A stretch of DNA of 64,000 bases from Azolla caroliniana (lineage: Eukaryota; Plantae; Polypodiophyta): assembly GCA_043228905.1 (NCBI GenBank), contig JBHGNT010000011.1, positions 16,554,001 through 16,618,000 on the forward strand, in the 5' to 3' direction. A program made the position numbers and the translations under genes. Below the pieces are notes generated by a model. The model made no database searches. It had not been told where the DNA came from and saw only the letters and a list, made by a program, of their open reading frames with translations. Below, one piece after another: positions 38,164-53,320 of the stretch. Each line of letters opens with the position of its first letter. Positions within the stretch are counted from its first letter, which is position 1.

Positions 38164-41100
38164 ACTGGATTACATTTCACAGATGTGTTACATTTATTCA
38201 TTGATAATTCTTTGGTTTAGCCATCTCAGATGTCATATATAATTCAGGGGAATAAATTGCACTATACAATTTCCTCTTGTCAGACACGCTTACTCTCATA
38301 AATCCTGACTGTAGATATTTTAAAACTTGCTTTTCCGTCAAAGTGGTATTGATAACTTCCCTCTCATATCAGTAGCAAAACCTTCTGTTGGAGCCTGGGG
38401 GTATGAGGACAGGATGTACTCACTTTGAAGACGGTGGCTCATTGTTTCATGTTTCTCAAATGGTGTATGTATGATTCCTCTGTAAAGACTTGATTGTATT
38501 GATGGGTAGTGCTATTCTGTCACACTCATGACAACATTTTTTTATTAACCTGCTAAAGAGATGTTTTATTGTTCTCAGTTGCCTTCTGCTGCTGAAGAAT
38601 TAGATTGTAGGATTAGAGAAGATTGTTCTAATGACTCTTTCCATGTTAGAGGCACATGGATATTATAGGTTATGAAACTCCCATGTACACAATTTTGTAT
38701 CTGATGTGAGAGAGTGCTAATCTGTTTTGTAATGACAGATTGAGCAGCAAGCCAGTAAGATCAAGGATGCTAATGTTGTTTTATTATACTGTGGATAAAT
38801 CAAACTGTTTTCTGGTTATAAAATGCCTTTCCAATGCATCCGATGTCAGGCTTTCACTTTCTTATGGAAAGATCATGTTTTTTCATTGTGCTTCCTTGGG
38901 TTGGAAACACTTTTGGCCCTTAGTCATATTTCTTCGATAAATCTTGTCATTTATAACAAGTAACAGAGGTATTTTAGGGCTTCATGCCAATGAGCAATTT
39001 TGCATTTTATAACGAAATGTTGTGGATATATCGTATCTTATCTGGATTTACAGTTTATTTGCCATCTGTGTTATGCATATTTTGATTGCTCAAGTCTAAG
39101 CATTCCTGTCGAATGGGTATGCCAAGAATTATCATGAAGCTGCAGCTGGTTCTACAGAGCCTCCCATCACATCATTTTCAGATATGTATGCAGAGGATCT
39201 GGAGCAACAATTATGGATTTATTGGGAAGAACAAAGGCATTTTCCGCAATCATTTAAAAAAATATGATGTGCAATGAAGTTATGATATTTATTTGGCTTG
39301 TACATGGTGCTTGATAGGGTCTACAAACATTAGATCATAATCATATAGTTGACCTATCATGGTTTTACCATTAATGCCTTCTACAAATCAATGTGCAAAG
39401 GGCAAGTTCTTTTCGTTGTTCTTTGATTCATAGGCTCATTACCAGTGTCACCGTCTTTAACAACATTTAGTGAATACAACATCATACCCATTTCACTTTA
39501 CCTAAACTCATAACCTTATTGAACCTGAAAATAGATCATTTCCCATGCATTGTCATTTTTACAAGGCTACCTTATAATGAAGCCACTAAAGATTGTGCCA
39601 TGTTTATAGAGCTTGTGTTGCCACATTGTTTATACAAGTTAGCATTAGATCAACTTATTGCTCAAGACATCTCATATTTGCATAAGATAATTCTTTTACA
39701 TGATGCACTAACATGTATGAAGTAACGTATAGTTTTACTAGGTTTGACAATTAATATTTATTCATGACATCATACACTTTCTTTCAAATATTGAGTTATC
39801 TTTTCGCTTGTAATTACGATGTGATAAGATCTCCATAGGCAATGCTGGGGATAATATGGACGATATGCATGTTTTAAAGATCAATGTTATAGAATTCACA
39901 TGTAACCTACTTACCTAGAAGTGGATTTGTCACTTGGTTATCAAAATTTTGAAAATATATGATATTAAATCTTACAATGATAAGTATGTCGTAATATATA
40001 TGGCCTTGATACTAACAATCCTTCAAGTATATAATGTTGATACTAACAATCGTCGAAGTTTATTGTGAGCTTGTTAGTATACTGAAGCATAACATTGATG
40101 TTTTCTCACATTTTTACTCATAATGTGCAGCTTGGCAATCATTTTGAAGGAAAATTTAGTTTCGTGTTTTTCTTGACTGCCATTAACATCAATTTCATCT
40201 TTCTTGTATTCATAACTTTAACTATTCCTTTTTCACGAAAAAGCTCACCCTTCATTCTAAAAAGCAGCTACTTTTTTTCCAGCTGTTACTGATTCAACAC
40301 TAACTGTAGTTGGACAATGCTTGGTTCAAGTTGGCTGTTAATGTGATTTAGAGGTAAAACCGCTAGAGGTGACATTCAAGTCGCAGGCGATCTGCCATAA
40401 CAATAATCAGGAAAAGTAGATCTGTAAAAGAATATGCACATCGTTGAAAATAAAAACTGTGCAGCTAAACCAATCAGAACATTTAACATTTGGCATCAAT
40501 AAGCCTTGTTTTCATGTTGAAGTGTTCATTGAACATGAAGCTCACAACAAACACATGAAGAACTAGAATTTGCAGAGCTTTACCATCAACACTAGAGTGA
40601 AACACATTAGAAAGAATGCATGATATTTGAATGATCAAAAATATGAAAGATAAGGGAACGTCGAGCACAAGTCACGATTATGAAATGAGTCAAGAATTCA
40701 ATGCTTATTTTATTACCTTGACTCATTTATCTTATGATAACCATAGATGTAATTATAAATATCAATCAAGGGAAATGACAATTTAGTTGAAAATTGCCAT
40801 TTCTCACTTGGTGATTAACTTGGCATATCCTCAAATAATTAGAATCACTCTATTACATTAATTTGAGATGGTTGGCCTATGCTATAAAGCTCTCGAACTG
40901 TCAGTTAGTTGGCTCGCAACAAGAAAGACGGTTGTATTAGAACCAAAAATCCTTAGCTCCACCTTCTCCATGAAAACTAGAATGATGCTTCAGAATCCCC
41001 AAAGAAGACAGAACCATCCTCCATGAAATAAGAGGAAATGCAACCTGCCAAAAACCTATAGATGGCTACAGTCTACCCCAATGACAATCTGAGGAAGATT

Positions 41101-41347
41101 ATGGCTGAACTGCAATTCTTACGTAATTCAATCAACGAAAAAATCACTTATCCATCATTCTCCTAATAAAAGCTTTGATAAACAACAAAAAATCTGATGT
41201 GTTCCATTTACAAGTAACTGGCATATTGTTACAATGTGAGGAAGCACCTTTTGATACATGATGCATCTTGTTCCTACATGACATCGCACACAAGAACGAT
41301 TAATTGACATTTCCTTAAAATGCTCCATTACAATATATCATCAACAA

Positions 41348-44013
41348 TCACGCCTTCAACTCGTGTGCTGCATTTGCCTTCAGTTGTATAGCCTCTGCCT
41401 CAAGCATATTGAGGTCTCGTCTCAATTTCATGATTTGGCTCTGGACCTAAAACAAAGATAAAACTAAACGTTAGAAGTATAACAGATAAAACTAAACGCA
41501 TGGCATGAAAGAAATTCTCGTCATAAGCATGAACCCAGTTAGAAGATAACTTAGTTCTCATCATCACTAATAATGATAACAACTGTGTTTCCGAGGAGTT
41601 TTCTTATGACCTGATGAACTTACATAAATTCCTTGGACATAATCTTTAATATACAATGCACGTGATGGTAAATTGTCATAAAGAAGTCAAAAGTTTTCAT
41701 CTTTGGCCATTTATGGAGACAATATCTGTCTCCTAGACAAGGTCAGCATGAAAGAGCTAATTAAACCATGAAATAATCCACTATACCAGCAAAGCTTAAG
41801 ACATTTCTCTTTGCCAGTAAAGCTTCCTATGAAACAGCTAAATTTTCTTAATCTTAGATCTTCATTATTATTATTCCTTGATGCTCATCGTCCTCCTGCA
41901 GGTAAAACCAACAAATGCACCTCACAAGGATATTGAACTATGTCATAAAATGATCATTCGTGTCAATTACAATTAGATCCATACATACAAAACATCATAC
42001 TAATGGCAAATGAGTATGCTCACAAGTCTCACAGGTAATGCACAAAAGTTATATGGCGCTTGTGTATTTCAAATGCCAGATAGATGGTTGAAGTGTTCAA
42101 GGAGAAAAGGTGTTCCCTATACTATATAGGCATGCCTGGAAGGAAAATGAATGCATCCATAGACAGGGACATCAAACAATTTATCATGTATGTACTTATC
42201 TCCAATCACTACTCCAGAAAAGAAAGCATGATAAACTGCCTCCTACCTGCTGCCGTGCTGCTTTCAGGCGTGCTAGTTCATCTAAATCCGAATGTTTGAG
42301 AAACCATTGCACTTGGGGATGGTCTTTTGTATCACCTTTTTTCTTCTCATTATGAGTATCAACTAACACATCAAACAAAATATTCATATAAGTCTAAACT
42401 CCAAACTAAAGTTTTTGCATGTATTTGTAACCAGTCACAATGCACCATACCTGAAGGCATAGGCAGATCATTAAGCGATCCAGTAATTATCACAGAAGGA
42501 TGATTTCGAACCCGTTGTATAAATGTTTCTGAAGGCTCAGAAAAAACAATCTCATCATATGACTCCACAACAACGGGCTTCTTAGTGGATGGTGGCCCTG
42601 AATCATCATCTGGATATAACTTTAAATGGTGAAACCTGAAAAAAAAATATTGTATGAATGAAAATTTCAACATGGATATATGATCACATGAATATGAAAG
42701 GAAACACATGACATACAGCTCAATTGGCTTCTCCGCTGCATCACCATGAAATATTATTGTTATTCCAATTTCAAATTCACCCCATCCTGTCTCACTGAGC
42801 TCAAAGGGTGCTGAATCCACAACCCTTGTAGGATTATTGAAACTGGGATGAAGCGTAAAGACTACTCGCTTGATAACCAATCCAAGATCTTCATTCGATA
42901 TGCTTCTTATATATACTGTCCACTTGTGGGAGTGATACCTAAACCAAAAGGGATCAAAAATCGTGAGAATTTTAGTTCATTGTCTGTACAAACATTAAAA
43001 AGTGTGTTTACCGCATCAATTGGCAGCACATACTCATCCGCCTTCTTCCCTAGCCAGTATGCAATTGTTCCATAGGCTATCGGTAGTGATATCTCAACTT
43101 CTTTGAATCGTCGGATCAAACTCTGGGAATAGCAATAATACAAGACATTAATTGGGTTTTTAGACAAAGTGATGCACTATATTATTTATTTTCGAACATG
43201 TTAATGATTTATAATGGTAATAAAATGAGAAATATTAACAGTAAATTACAAAAATAAGTTCAGATTAATTTTAATAAACTGTGATCTGCTAATTTTACGA
43301 AAATGACAAGCTAATTATAAGAAGAGGAAATTTTACTACTTTATTTCATCTTCAAACAGAAGTCTTTATAACAACTTTTCAAATTAGATTTCTCTACACA
43401 TTGATTTTGGCATGATGCAGGGAAATAAGAACTCAGACAACTGAATTTTAATTTATCACGAAAATTGATATCCAAGTTTCTAAAGGAAAAACAAATGACA
43501 TATTTTCCAGGAGTATATCTTCTTAGAAATAAAATCACCTGATATGACTGTAGGACCTTGATTACATTCAGGGTTTTTGATGTTCACTTTTATGCATACA
43601 GCTTCCCATTAACATAACATGCTTTTGTGCTTCTCTAGTTCAGCATGCCTATTTGTTATTAATCCAACCCCAAACCTTTCCGTTAACTTCAACTAAAAAT
43701 GCAGTCTATCTATCTTGACTCTCGTAGATAGAATTTCTTGCGTATAAGCCTAAAAGGAGGCACCTTTCTATACTTAGATAAACATTTAGCGTATTATAGG
43801 AGGAGACGGATACGATTCTTTTCCGAGCTAAAGACAAATACTCAGTTTTTCTTTTAAATTTGATAAGTTGCTAGCGTTTTCTGATGGAAATTGAGAAAAC
43901 CCTAAAAGACATAGGGTGAGTAATAGCGTGGAATTTACCCGTTCACCAGAGTCATCGACGGCGGAAGACGGATTCGCTTTCTCCTTCTTCGCCCCCACGA
44001 CGCGCTGCTTCAT
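41348..44013 (-). CDS. YAF9: YEATS-domain protein (YAF9/GAS41/TAF14b; SWR1/NuA4 subunit)
   Basis: Exons 44013-43939, 43122-43034, 42938-42717, 42635-42451, 42362-42247, 41446-41348, all GT-AG and in phase. Motifs [45 protein letters not shown] and a C-terminal coiled coil. Confidence 0.93.
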
Positions 44014-47000
44014 GTCTGTTCTCTGCTGCTTCTGCCGCCTGGAAGAACACAGACAGACCACTGTGTCTGGGACGCTCGCAAGTAAAGAGAAAAGAGAGAT
44101 AGAACAGCGAAATGAAAGGAGAGAGAGAGGGGGGGGGGGGGAAATGCAGAGACAAAAAAATTAATCTCCGAAATGCCCCTCCCTGCCTTTGTTCTTCAGG
44201 GGCATTTCTCTCCGAGTATTTTTCTTTTTCCCAATACTTACTCATTTCTTCTGTATACTACGTGTGTTCTCACTAGTCCTAGAGAAAAAAATGTAGGCTT
44301 TGCAAACATAACAAAGCTTTAAGAAACAAATCCATGTGCTTGCATTGTTCTTCATCACCTCATGTGATCTCCTTTACAACATGGTAACTATCATAGCTCG
44401 CTCAGATGACTTGTCATCGAACCTAGGCCCCACCACGTTTAGGGGGGGAGGAGAGAGAGAGATTGCTCTTTTCCAATTAGATAGCATTGGAATGGTATGT
44501 TGGTTGTTGGGAGCCCCATTGTTTCCTCATAGATGTCTCAGATTGAACTCATATGTGTATGTTGTATTCACACATAGAGACTTTGTGCTTCAATCTATGA
44601 ATGCCCCTTCGTAGGAAGGAGACACATATCAAGAACACATGTATACTCTAGTCCCATAGGTCAAATTTGGCCTCTTTATGGACGATAAAAATTTTAATTC
44701 TAATTCAACATGTTTGACTATTTTGAGTGCAAGTATTGCACCTTTGTCAACCCCATCCACTTCATTATTAATGCACCTATGCAATATCATTTGATGTCCT
44801 TTGTGAGCATAGCATTGATTGTTAGCTCAAGTAGTATGTCAACATTCTATCTTGATCTCTAACCATTTGTGTATGGCTTGTGCCCTAGCTACACAAGAGA
44901 ATGTTGCTTTTATTTGTCTTCCACTTTTGTTTGCCAGCACCCCAACCTTGGTTTAGTAAGAAATGTGCCTCTATACTCTTTACTTACCTACACAAGTGTG
45001 GACTCTCTTTAAACTCTCTAATTAGATAATTTACTAACCTCCCATATTGATGGGCACCATTCAACATGATGTCGTTGTCTTCATTCAAGTTGGCAATGTA
45101 GGAGCATCATTTTACCTTCCCAATGTCATTCCAGGTAGAGAAAGGGAGGGTCAAATTTTCCCCAAACCTCAACACCATGTAGCATGTATTAATTCACAAA
45201 TGCATTTAAATGTTCGATCTTCATCTACTATAAATAAATATTGCTAAAATTGCATTTGGATTCATAGATATAATAGTTATCCCAAATACATATCCTTATA
45301 TGATGGTTTACAAGGAATGCTCACCACAAATTCAATAGCTTGTACACACATCCCTCAACGAAGTATGTGGAAGAGATCATCTCACAAAGTTGATCGCCTC
45401 TCCTTTATAAGGTGTATGCAATGTTTTTGCTTAAAGTCAATCTTGAAAGTTGCTCACTTTGTGCTACTTTCATAAAGAAATTTTCTATGTTGTTCATGCA
45501 TAAGCCATGTAGAGGAGATGAGGGTGAGAATTGGAGGGTGATGGTGAACAAAAAGGAAAGACAATAAAATAGATGGATATGTTTCCTACTCATCCACGGA
45601 AGTAAGATATGACCTATGGAGGTACAATATGTGTAGAGTTTAGTGGTTCATGATGTTCTAAGAATATTAATGAGTGAACATGGGTACTGTGATAGAAGTG
45701 TTTGTAGGAATTGGATGGGATTGACAATATGCAAGTGGGAGGGGGATTGATCAAATTGAAGCCCAAGGAACATGGAGAACTATCTACCAACACCACATGC
45801 AAAGGAACACATTTTTACATTATGCAGAATAGTAAAGGAAAGCATAAGCTCACATTCAAGTTCCAAATATCAATTCATCACAGTAGTTCATAACTGTCAT
45901 ACTGCTCACAATAAAAGGCAATAATGAACATGAGATGGCTTGTGTAATATCAACCTCTCAATGTATATTATTCGCCTTAACTTCTGATTCAAGATTCAAA
46001 TATCAACTCATTGAATTAGTGCCTCAAGGTCATGAAGCCCACAATAGAAAGCAATAATGCACACAAAATGGCTTGTTTAGCACCAAAACCTCATAATGTA
46101 TACTAGCATTGAACTCTAGTTTCCATTTTTGTATGAGCATAATATTTCATTGGTTCCAAAATTTATGTAAGTTGTTTGCAATTATGAATGCACTTCATAA
46201 CGCTACCTAGGGGGCACCATATGTCATCTGTAGAAATGCTTTTCAATTTTCTACAGTCAACGTGTAAGGATCAATTTTAATTCGCAAAAAAATAACACAA
46301 AATAAATACATTTCAGTGCTTCATACTCACGCAGATCACAGGTACTCATGCAGATGACAAGAACATAGAGAACGTCATTTCCAATAACTCCAAAGCAAAG
46401 CAATCTATACCATCGCCACACGTAAAACTCCGTGTAATGACTGCATTCTACATTTAAAAGCTAATACACAGTCATGAAAACAAGCAACATTACATTTCAA
46501 CACAGGAAAGATACACTGCACAAAGACTTGAGATATTTGATTGATGTGCAAAAAATACTAGAAATAGATGCAAGCATTCATAACTGCAATGATAATAAAA
46601 AAGGCATCTTAGGAAATGGACAAGGAAAAACATCCAAGAAGCTTGAAGCCTCCATTCATTATAAACCCCATATCAACTGCGCCCTTCACAGACTGAAACA
46701 AGATAAATGTGCAAATTTTTTTCATGTTTTTACACAGCTAATGATGCACTGAAAAGTCCCCAAGATATATATGTTTTGTCAAAATAGAGGGACTAAAGAC
46801 TTATATATACAGCTCTCTTCTCTTAATTTCAGTAAACAAAGAAACCCAATAATCTGATATGTTCATGGTTCATAACTTCAACAGTAGCCCGATTCAAAAT
46901 TTTAGCCATATTTGAGCCTCATCAGGAAAAGAACAGCCAGTTGATTGGTTCAGAAAACTGCAAGGTTTGTAGACAGCCTTAATTTGGGTATATAATTAGT

Positions 47001-47402
47001 TTACCAAAGCATTAGCAGTCCAAAGCTGCCTGAAATATTATCTACAAATAATAATCAAAGCTCTTAAAAATAATGTGTCTTGAGTTTAATCATATCCTGG
47101 AGCTTTGGAAAGATATCATGACCTGTGTCTTGTTTTCCCCGGGGGACTGAAATTTACAAATACCTTAGTGGTATCTGAGTACGCTAATATGACTTAAACA
47201 AATATCTAGTGCTACTAACATCAGCATAAATTAAATAACTGTCTATTTACCATATACTCCCAAGACAATTAGATGCACCTATCATAGTACGACATCGACA
47301 TGCTATGCTATACAAACCATTATCACATATCAGTCCTCAAGCAGATATAATTCCTCAGTTCAACAAGGAAGAATAATGCCCAACTTCGACCCAAGGGAAC
47401 TT

Positions 47403-50400
47403 TCATGATACTGTTCGCCCATAGCTTATTGAAGCCAGATACAGATTCTTTGACCATTTTTCCTAAATATAGTCATGTTAAAGCAGAGGAAAATACATCA
47501 GTTTTAATTTCCAAAAAATAAAAGTTACGTTCTTACCATGCTTAATTTTGAGTGAGTGCATATTCTATAACACAAATAATCATACCTTCACATGTGTACT
47601 TGGAAAAGCTGATGTCCGGAGTGTTTCCTGTGTTTCATCGACTGGTTTTTTTTTGGGCACACTCAAAATAAAAGCTGCTTGATCCCATGTTGCAGCTGTT
47701 GCTGTTATACGATAACCATTATCCCATCTTCGATGAATCCCTTCACTAGGATAAAGAAAATCCAGCTCCACAACCTGAGAACAATTTCCCCATCAGATTT
47801 TTACGAACCCAGCCATTATCATTTGAAACCCAAGGAACAAAAATCCAACATTAAGCATAATATCATCTTTTGTAGTATATCATTCTATGCTCAGACTCTA
47901 TATTTCCTTCGAGTTGCAGCCATATAATTCATTCACAAGAAAATGACATTCGGCGAATAGTCAATTCTTAATTTTCTTAGAGCATACAAAATGAACCAAG
48001 TAAATATCATCAAAACATATTTTTGTCGAATTTGCTAGAACCAAGGGCGGTTGCAAGACTCGAATACCAGAAAAACAGATAGTATTCCAAAATTAGTAAG
48101 ACTAACTTGATCGGAAAAACCAGCATTGCGAGACATAACTACTCCCCAGCGACTTCCTGCCGTTGCCATAGAGGTCACATAGAAACCTTCTTTCCATTTC
48201 TTGTTAATCCATTTAAATGGAAAAGAGTCACTAACTTTGTAAGATTGTTGCGTGTACAAAGTGCCTAAACAAACAATTACAAAAAGAACATGTTATGATG
48301 GTGCATATTTTCTTTAGCAGTCTAATTTCCTGGTTTTCCATGAGTAACAGCTTTTGGTGCCAACTTTTACTCTTTGAAAGCAACCTTCCAAACCTACCTT
48401 TTGACATTACCACCAAGGAGCTTCCATTGTCAGCCCCAGCTATGGTACTGATATAGTAATTTTTTTCCCATTGCTCCATTATCCACTCCTGGAAATAAAT
48501 CAGTAGTATGACACACCTATATATATAGCAAATACTCTCATATTTATCTCACACTACCTTACCTTGTGAAGGAAAACTTGTGAGATTTCATAAACTTGTG
48601 ATGAGAAGCCAGTTCCAGCATCCATAATTAATGCCCAAAGATTTGCAGAAGACGCCACACTGCTAATGTACAAGCCATCTTCATTTCCCTTCTCTATATG
48701 CTGCACAAGCCTATTATCTGCCACATTGTAATGATACCTGCCAATCAATACAACCCACTTCAATAATCATAAGTGCAATATGGAATCCATATCATAAACC
48801 CCAAAACAAACATATTCATAGCAAAAATGAAATCAGAACCAAAATTATTGTCATTTATTCAATTGTATAAAACTGGACAACATAATTTTACTATTACATA
48901 AAAAAACACAGCGCATGAATGTTCACCTTTATACCTGCCTAAAAATGAGCTCTAGTATGGTGTCCTCAAGCTTGATTAAATGGATTTATCCCCACTCACC
49001 TTTGTTTCATGGGCCGGCGAGCATTGTATACAGATATCCATTGTGTGGCCGGCATACCAAGCCGGATTTTTTTCTTTGGTTGATCATCCTCCACATCCTC
49101 TGTGGTCAATCTTCCACGCTTTTGCCCAACCTGTATGCAAGACAGTTTCTTTATCAAGCTATCAGAACCTATATATATATATATATATATATATGACAAT
49201 TTCATTATCAAGCTGTAGGTAAGGCAAATGTATTATCAAGCTATCACACCAATCACAGCTATAGCAAACCAAATGTTCTCAGAACTTACCTTTTGCGCGC
49301 CATCGGTATTTATTGGCCTTACATCAGGATTTGGTCCAATAATTCCATCAAACTGAGAAATGAGGCTGGCATAATTTGGCTCTTCATCGAACTTCATGTT
49401 AACCACAGTGTCTAAGAAATTCTTAAACGGGGCAGGACAAAAACAGCAAAGCATATCTGGAGAAGTGGCCATCTTTTTCTTGCACACAAGGAATCCTTTG
49501 TTATCACCCTATAATGCAAAAGGAAATACATCAAGCTCTTAGTATCTACAAAACATGTTTTGCACTAGTATCATAGTATACACAGACCCATATTCTATGT
49601 ACTAGATTATTCTCTAAGTACTGCACAGTTGGTTCCACACTTGTATTTTGAATTTACAAGGTAATATGCAATGCTTCACCTGATAACCTTGCCATGGAAG
49701 ACGACCACGAAGCAGAAAAACCAGTGTATAGGCTAGAGATTCTAAATCATCTCTTCGACTACCTGTTCTGCCCAAATGTGCATGCACACTAGCATAACGC
49801 ACAGTTCCCCTGCATTGAAAAGACTAGTGAGACCAGGACATTGGATGAAATGGAAGGAGCACGGCAAATTATTTTTCCCACAGACCTGAACACGTCTGGC
49901 CTCTGATCATATTCTATGTGTTTCCCGGTATTTGTATCTCTCCATTTTGTGGCTGTGACAATATGATCCACAAGAAGAAAAAGAAATATAAGAGTGAGCC
50001 ACATAATGTATCCAGAACAGCAGAAAAATTTCAAGCCAATCTAGATGGTGACCAGCATTTGGGAAACAATTTACGGTGTCCTGAAAAAGAACATTCACCT
50101 AACCCAAGATCGATTAAGAAGAGTTTCTTCTCATCTGGTGTACCGGAGGGCCCAAGCAGGAAGTTCTCAGGCTTGACGTCTCCATGCACATAGCTTCACA
50201 AAACAAAAGATTAAGTCAGAAAACTTTGCAATACAATGCTGGTTTTGAGAACGCTTGTCAAGAAGTTGAAAGAGCATTAAAAAATGAATTAAATATAGTA
50301 ATAGATAGATTGTTCACCCTTTCGCATGAATCTTTTCAAGGATTGAAATTGCTTCTACAGCTATGCAGGCTACCATTTCTGTGCACATTCTGCATATTCA

Positions 50401-52562
50401 CATGATGTAAAATCAGGATGGGTGTAGTGGTCACATTTTTTATCCTAACAATACCAAAAGAAAGAAAACTACATACTGTTGACCAGATGTATTCCATATA
50501 TCCCACAGGCTAGGGCCCAACATGTCCATGACCTTCATTACAAAACCATATTGCAATTAGTAATAACCAAAATAAGAGACATTTACTAGCCTTTGCAAAA
50601 ACTAAAGTGAAACATAATAACATTCCTTTACTAAAACCAAATTAAGAGGCATTTCACTGGCATAGAGAAACATTACAGAATACCATTATGTAATAATCTC
50701 CTTGACGGCCCTTGAAATGAACACGAGGCACCCCATGACTGCCTCCAAGAGTACTTATTTACGAAAAAATATTGAAGTATAAGATGTCAAAGAAATAGAA
50801 CTGAATAAGATGTGGCAGAAAGAAATAATGTAAAAGGACAACATACTTGTACACTTGCCACTCATAGGGTGGTCCATGATTGCATCCCTTGCTGTTTCTG
50901 TGTTCAAACTTAAGTGCTACCTACAATACCCATCCGCGCGAGGCAGGGTCAGCAAGCAAAAACATATATATTATGAATCCAAAAAGACATGTTTCTTCAC
51001 CTCAACTGCTCGAGGACCTGTGCGTTCTGAGCCACCATTGACCTTGCGACCAACATATACTTGGCCAAAACCACCTTTGCCCAGTTTTTTCTCTATCTTA
51101 TAGACTGGGGAATCCCCAACTTGAACCTAGCCAAAGAAATAAATCTCTTTGTTAACGATAAAATTTCTAATTTTTTTGATATAAATTCTTCAATTTATAC
51201 TTCACTCTTCAATGTGCAGCAATATCTTTCCTACCTTTGAGTACTTAAATTAAACATCCTTGCCCCAAATGCATGAATCATGCAAAAACAACAGGGACAT
51301 TAACTCTTGAATTATAGCGAGAGAAATCAAAATTAATCAATGTATGAGAAGTGCTTGCATCAAGTAATGCTTCACTGCTTTCTAAGAGAAAAACCCAGCA
51401 TGAAGAATCCTAAAAGCATAAATTCTTAAAAGAGGCCGAAAGAATATGCATAGCTAGCAAGGGTACTCTTTTTTTATGAATGCAGCTTGAAAAAATCAAC
51501 ACAGAGTTGAATAAAAAATACACATCCCATAAGAACAACAATCCATAGTTTTAAGTATGACTCTGTACAAAAACAAAATGACAAAAAAAGAGTCTTCCAT
51601 ACCTTCTCAGAAAGAGAGCAATAAAATTTGAATAGACGGTACAATCTAACAAGAGCAACAAACTATGGTCTTGTGTATGAAATTTGGAAGTCCAAAAAGA
51701 ATATCGAAGAAAAGGATGCGCATTTTTTCATACCTTTTTCTCAACAAAGAAAATATGTTTTGCACAAACATGTTGAATAAAACATATACACATCACTCCA
51801 GCAAAAGTGCAACAATCTATGTTTCTCTATCTGTGAAACTTTGAGAAGTGACAAAAAACAAAAAAAATATCAAGAGAAAGATAGTGCATTTCTCCATACC
51901 TTCTCTGGGAGAGGAGCAACATTCCCATCATCTTCACCTCCTACTCTAGCGGGGCCAGCGGCAGCAGCCTGATCAGCACTTTCTTCATCCATCTTGTCTC
52001 TCTCTTTCTCTTTCTTGGAAGGTGGGGTCGTCACTTCCTTGGGCTCAACACCTGGAAGTGCTCGGGTCTGTGGGGCTTGAGTCGGCTTGTTACGCTTTGT
52101 CTGAGTCGGGATAGATATATCGTTAGGCTTCGTTATAGGATTAGGATCAATTTTGGGTTTAGACTTAGTTCTACGGGTAGGTGTAAGGTCTTGAGGTTTA
52201 TTCAGAGCAGGATTATCCTTGGGAGTTTTCTTTGATTCCTTTCCAGGTATAACTCTGTTACTAGTTTTAGGAGTGTTGACGGTGGCAACAGCAGCTGCTG
52301 TTTGATGAGTTGCAGCGAGTGCTGCCTCCCTGGCAAGGGCGGCTCGAGTTCTGACAGAGGTGTTAGGGGGAGGCAAGGCAGCAGATTTCTTGGTGCTTCC
52401 ACGTTTACACTTGGGAGCAGGATCTACAGAAGGGGACGTGAGAGGATTAGTCGGTATTCCTGCTGCTGCTTCTTCTTCTTGTCGAGGAGGAAGGCGATCC
52501 TTGCGGCGTGTCTTTGCTCCGCTGCCATCGCGCTCACTGCTGCTCCGCGGTTGTTCAGGCAT
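47403..52562 (-). CDS. MLK: MUT9-like / plant-specific casein kinase 1 (MLK/PPK/AEL/HD16 family)
   Basis: 16 exons: 52562-51900, 51126-51001, 50920-50847, 50753-50684, 50532-50477, 50389-50318, 50193-50099, 49952-49886, 49809-49680, 49508-49290, 49130-49000, 48737-48563, 48488-48398, 48264-48107, 47774-47586, 47462-47403. Motifs [45 protein letters not shown] and the family C-terminus ([21 protein letters not shown]). Confidence 0.95.
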
Positions 52563-52731
52563 TCTTCTTCACCCATGCGATTTCTCGAGGACAAAGACGA
52601 CGACCTGAAGGCAGCGGTGGCTCCAGAGTTTGGAAGAAACAACATCGTCTTTCCGCTCGCAACTGCGGAAGGAAGCAGAAGAGGAGAGAAAGGCTGCTCT
52701 GCGAGCGATCAGATCATGGTGACAGTGGCAA

Positions 52732-52878
52732 TGGTGGTGGTGGTGGTGGTGGTGGTTCTTCTTCTTCTTCTTCTTCTTCTTCTTCTTCTTCTTCTTCTTG
52801 CTGTTGTTAAAGAGGAGGCGGAAAGAAGAGGTGAAAGCGAAGAGGGAGTAACGCCATAGCCATAGCCATAGCCATAGC
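52732..52878. repeat. Compound microsatellites (GGT)n(TCT)n and (CCATAG)4 in the probable MLK 5' UTR
   Basis: Read directly from the sequence, 170-320 bp upstream of the kinase ATG. Confidence 0.9.
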
Positions 52879-53003
52879 CGCTGCTGCTTCTTGTCTGCTG
52901 CAGACCAAGGCCGTCAGGGACACAACAAAAAACAAGAGCATTATTTTTCATTCGCCCACCCCACTCTCTACAATTACAATTTACAACCAAAAACAAAAAC
53001 ACA

Positions 53004-53258
53004 TAGTGGAAGAACGGTTTGGCAGTTTGGCCATTTGGTGTTTATAAAGGCTCGACTCGAGCTTCCTTAACAGGTTTGAGCTCAGTTTGGGATGGCTCCA
53101 CCGGAAACCAAACCGGTTTCCAAATGTTACGGCTTAATCGGCTTGGACAAACAGGTTCCTAAACCGGTTTATGAACCGGTTCAATTCAAGTTTGGAAACT
53201 CCCTATCCGACAAGTTAAGCTAAAACCGAACCATCGTCGATTCCTAGCACTCTCACCT

Positions 53259-53320
<62 letters not shown>

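Noticed and set aside
44300-45700. Possible decayed transposon between YAF9 and MLK
   Set aside because: It has a coding-like texture but no diagnostic motif or termini.
52302-53002. ORFs with poly-V/L, poly-R/T and poly-G/S tracts
   Set aside because: These are translation artefacts of UTR microsatellites and the antisense strand of kinase exon 1.
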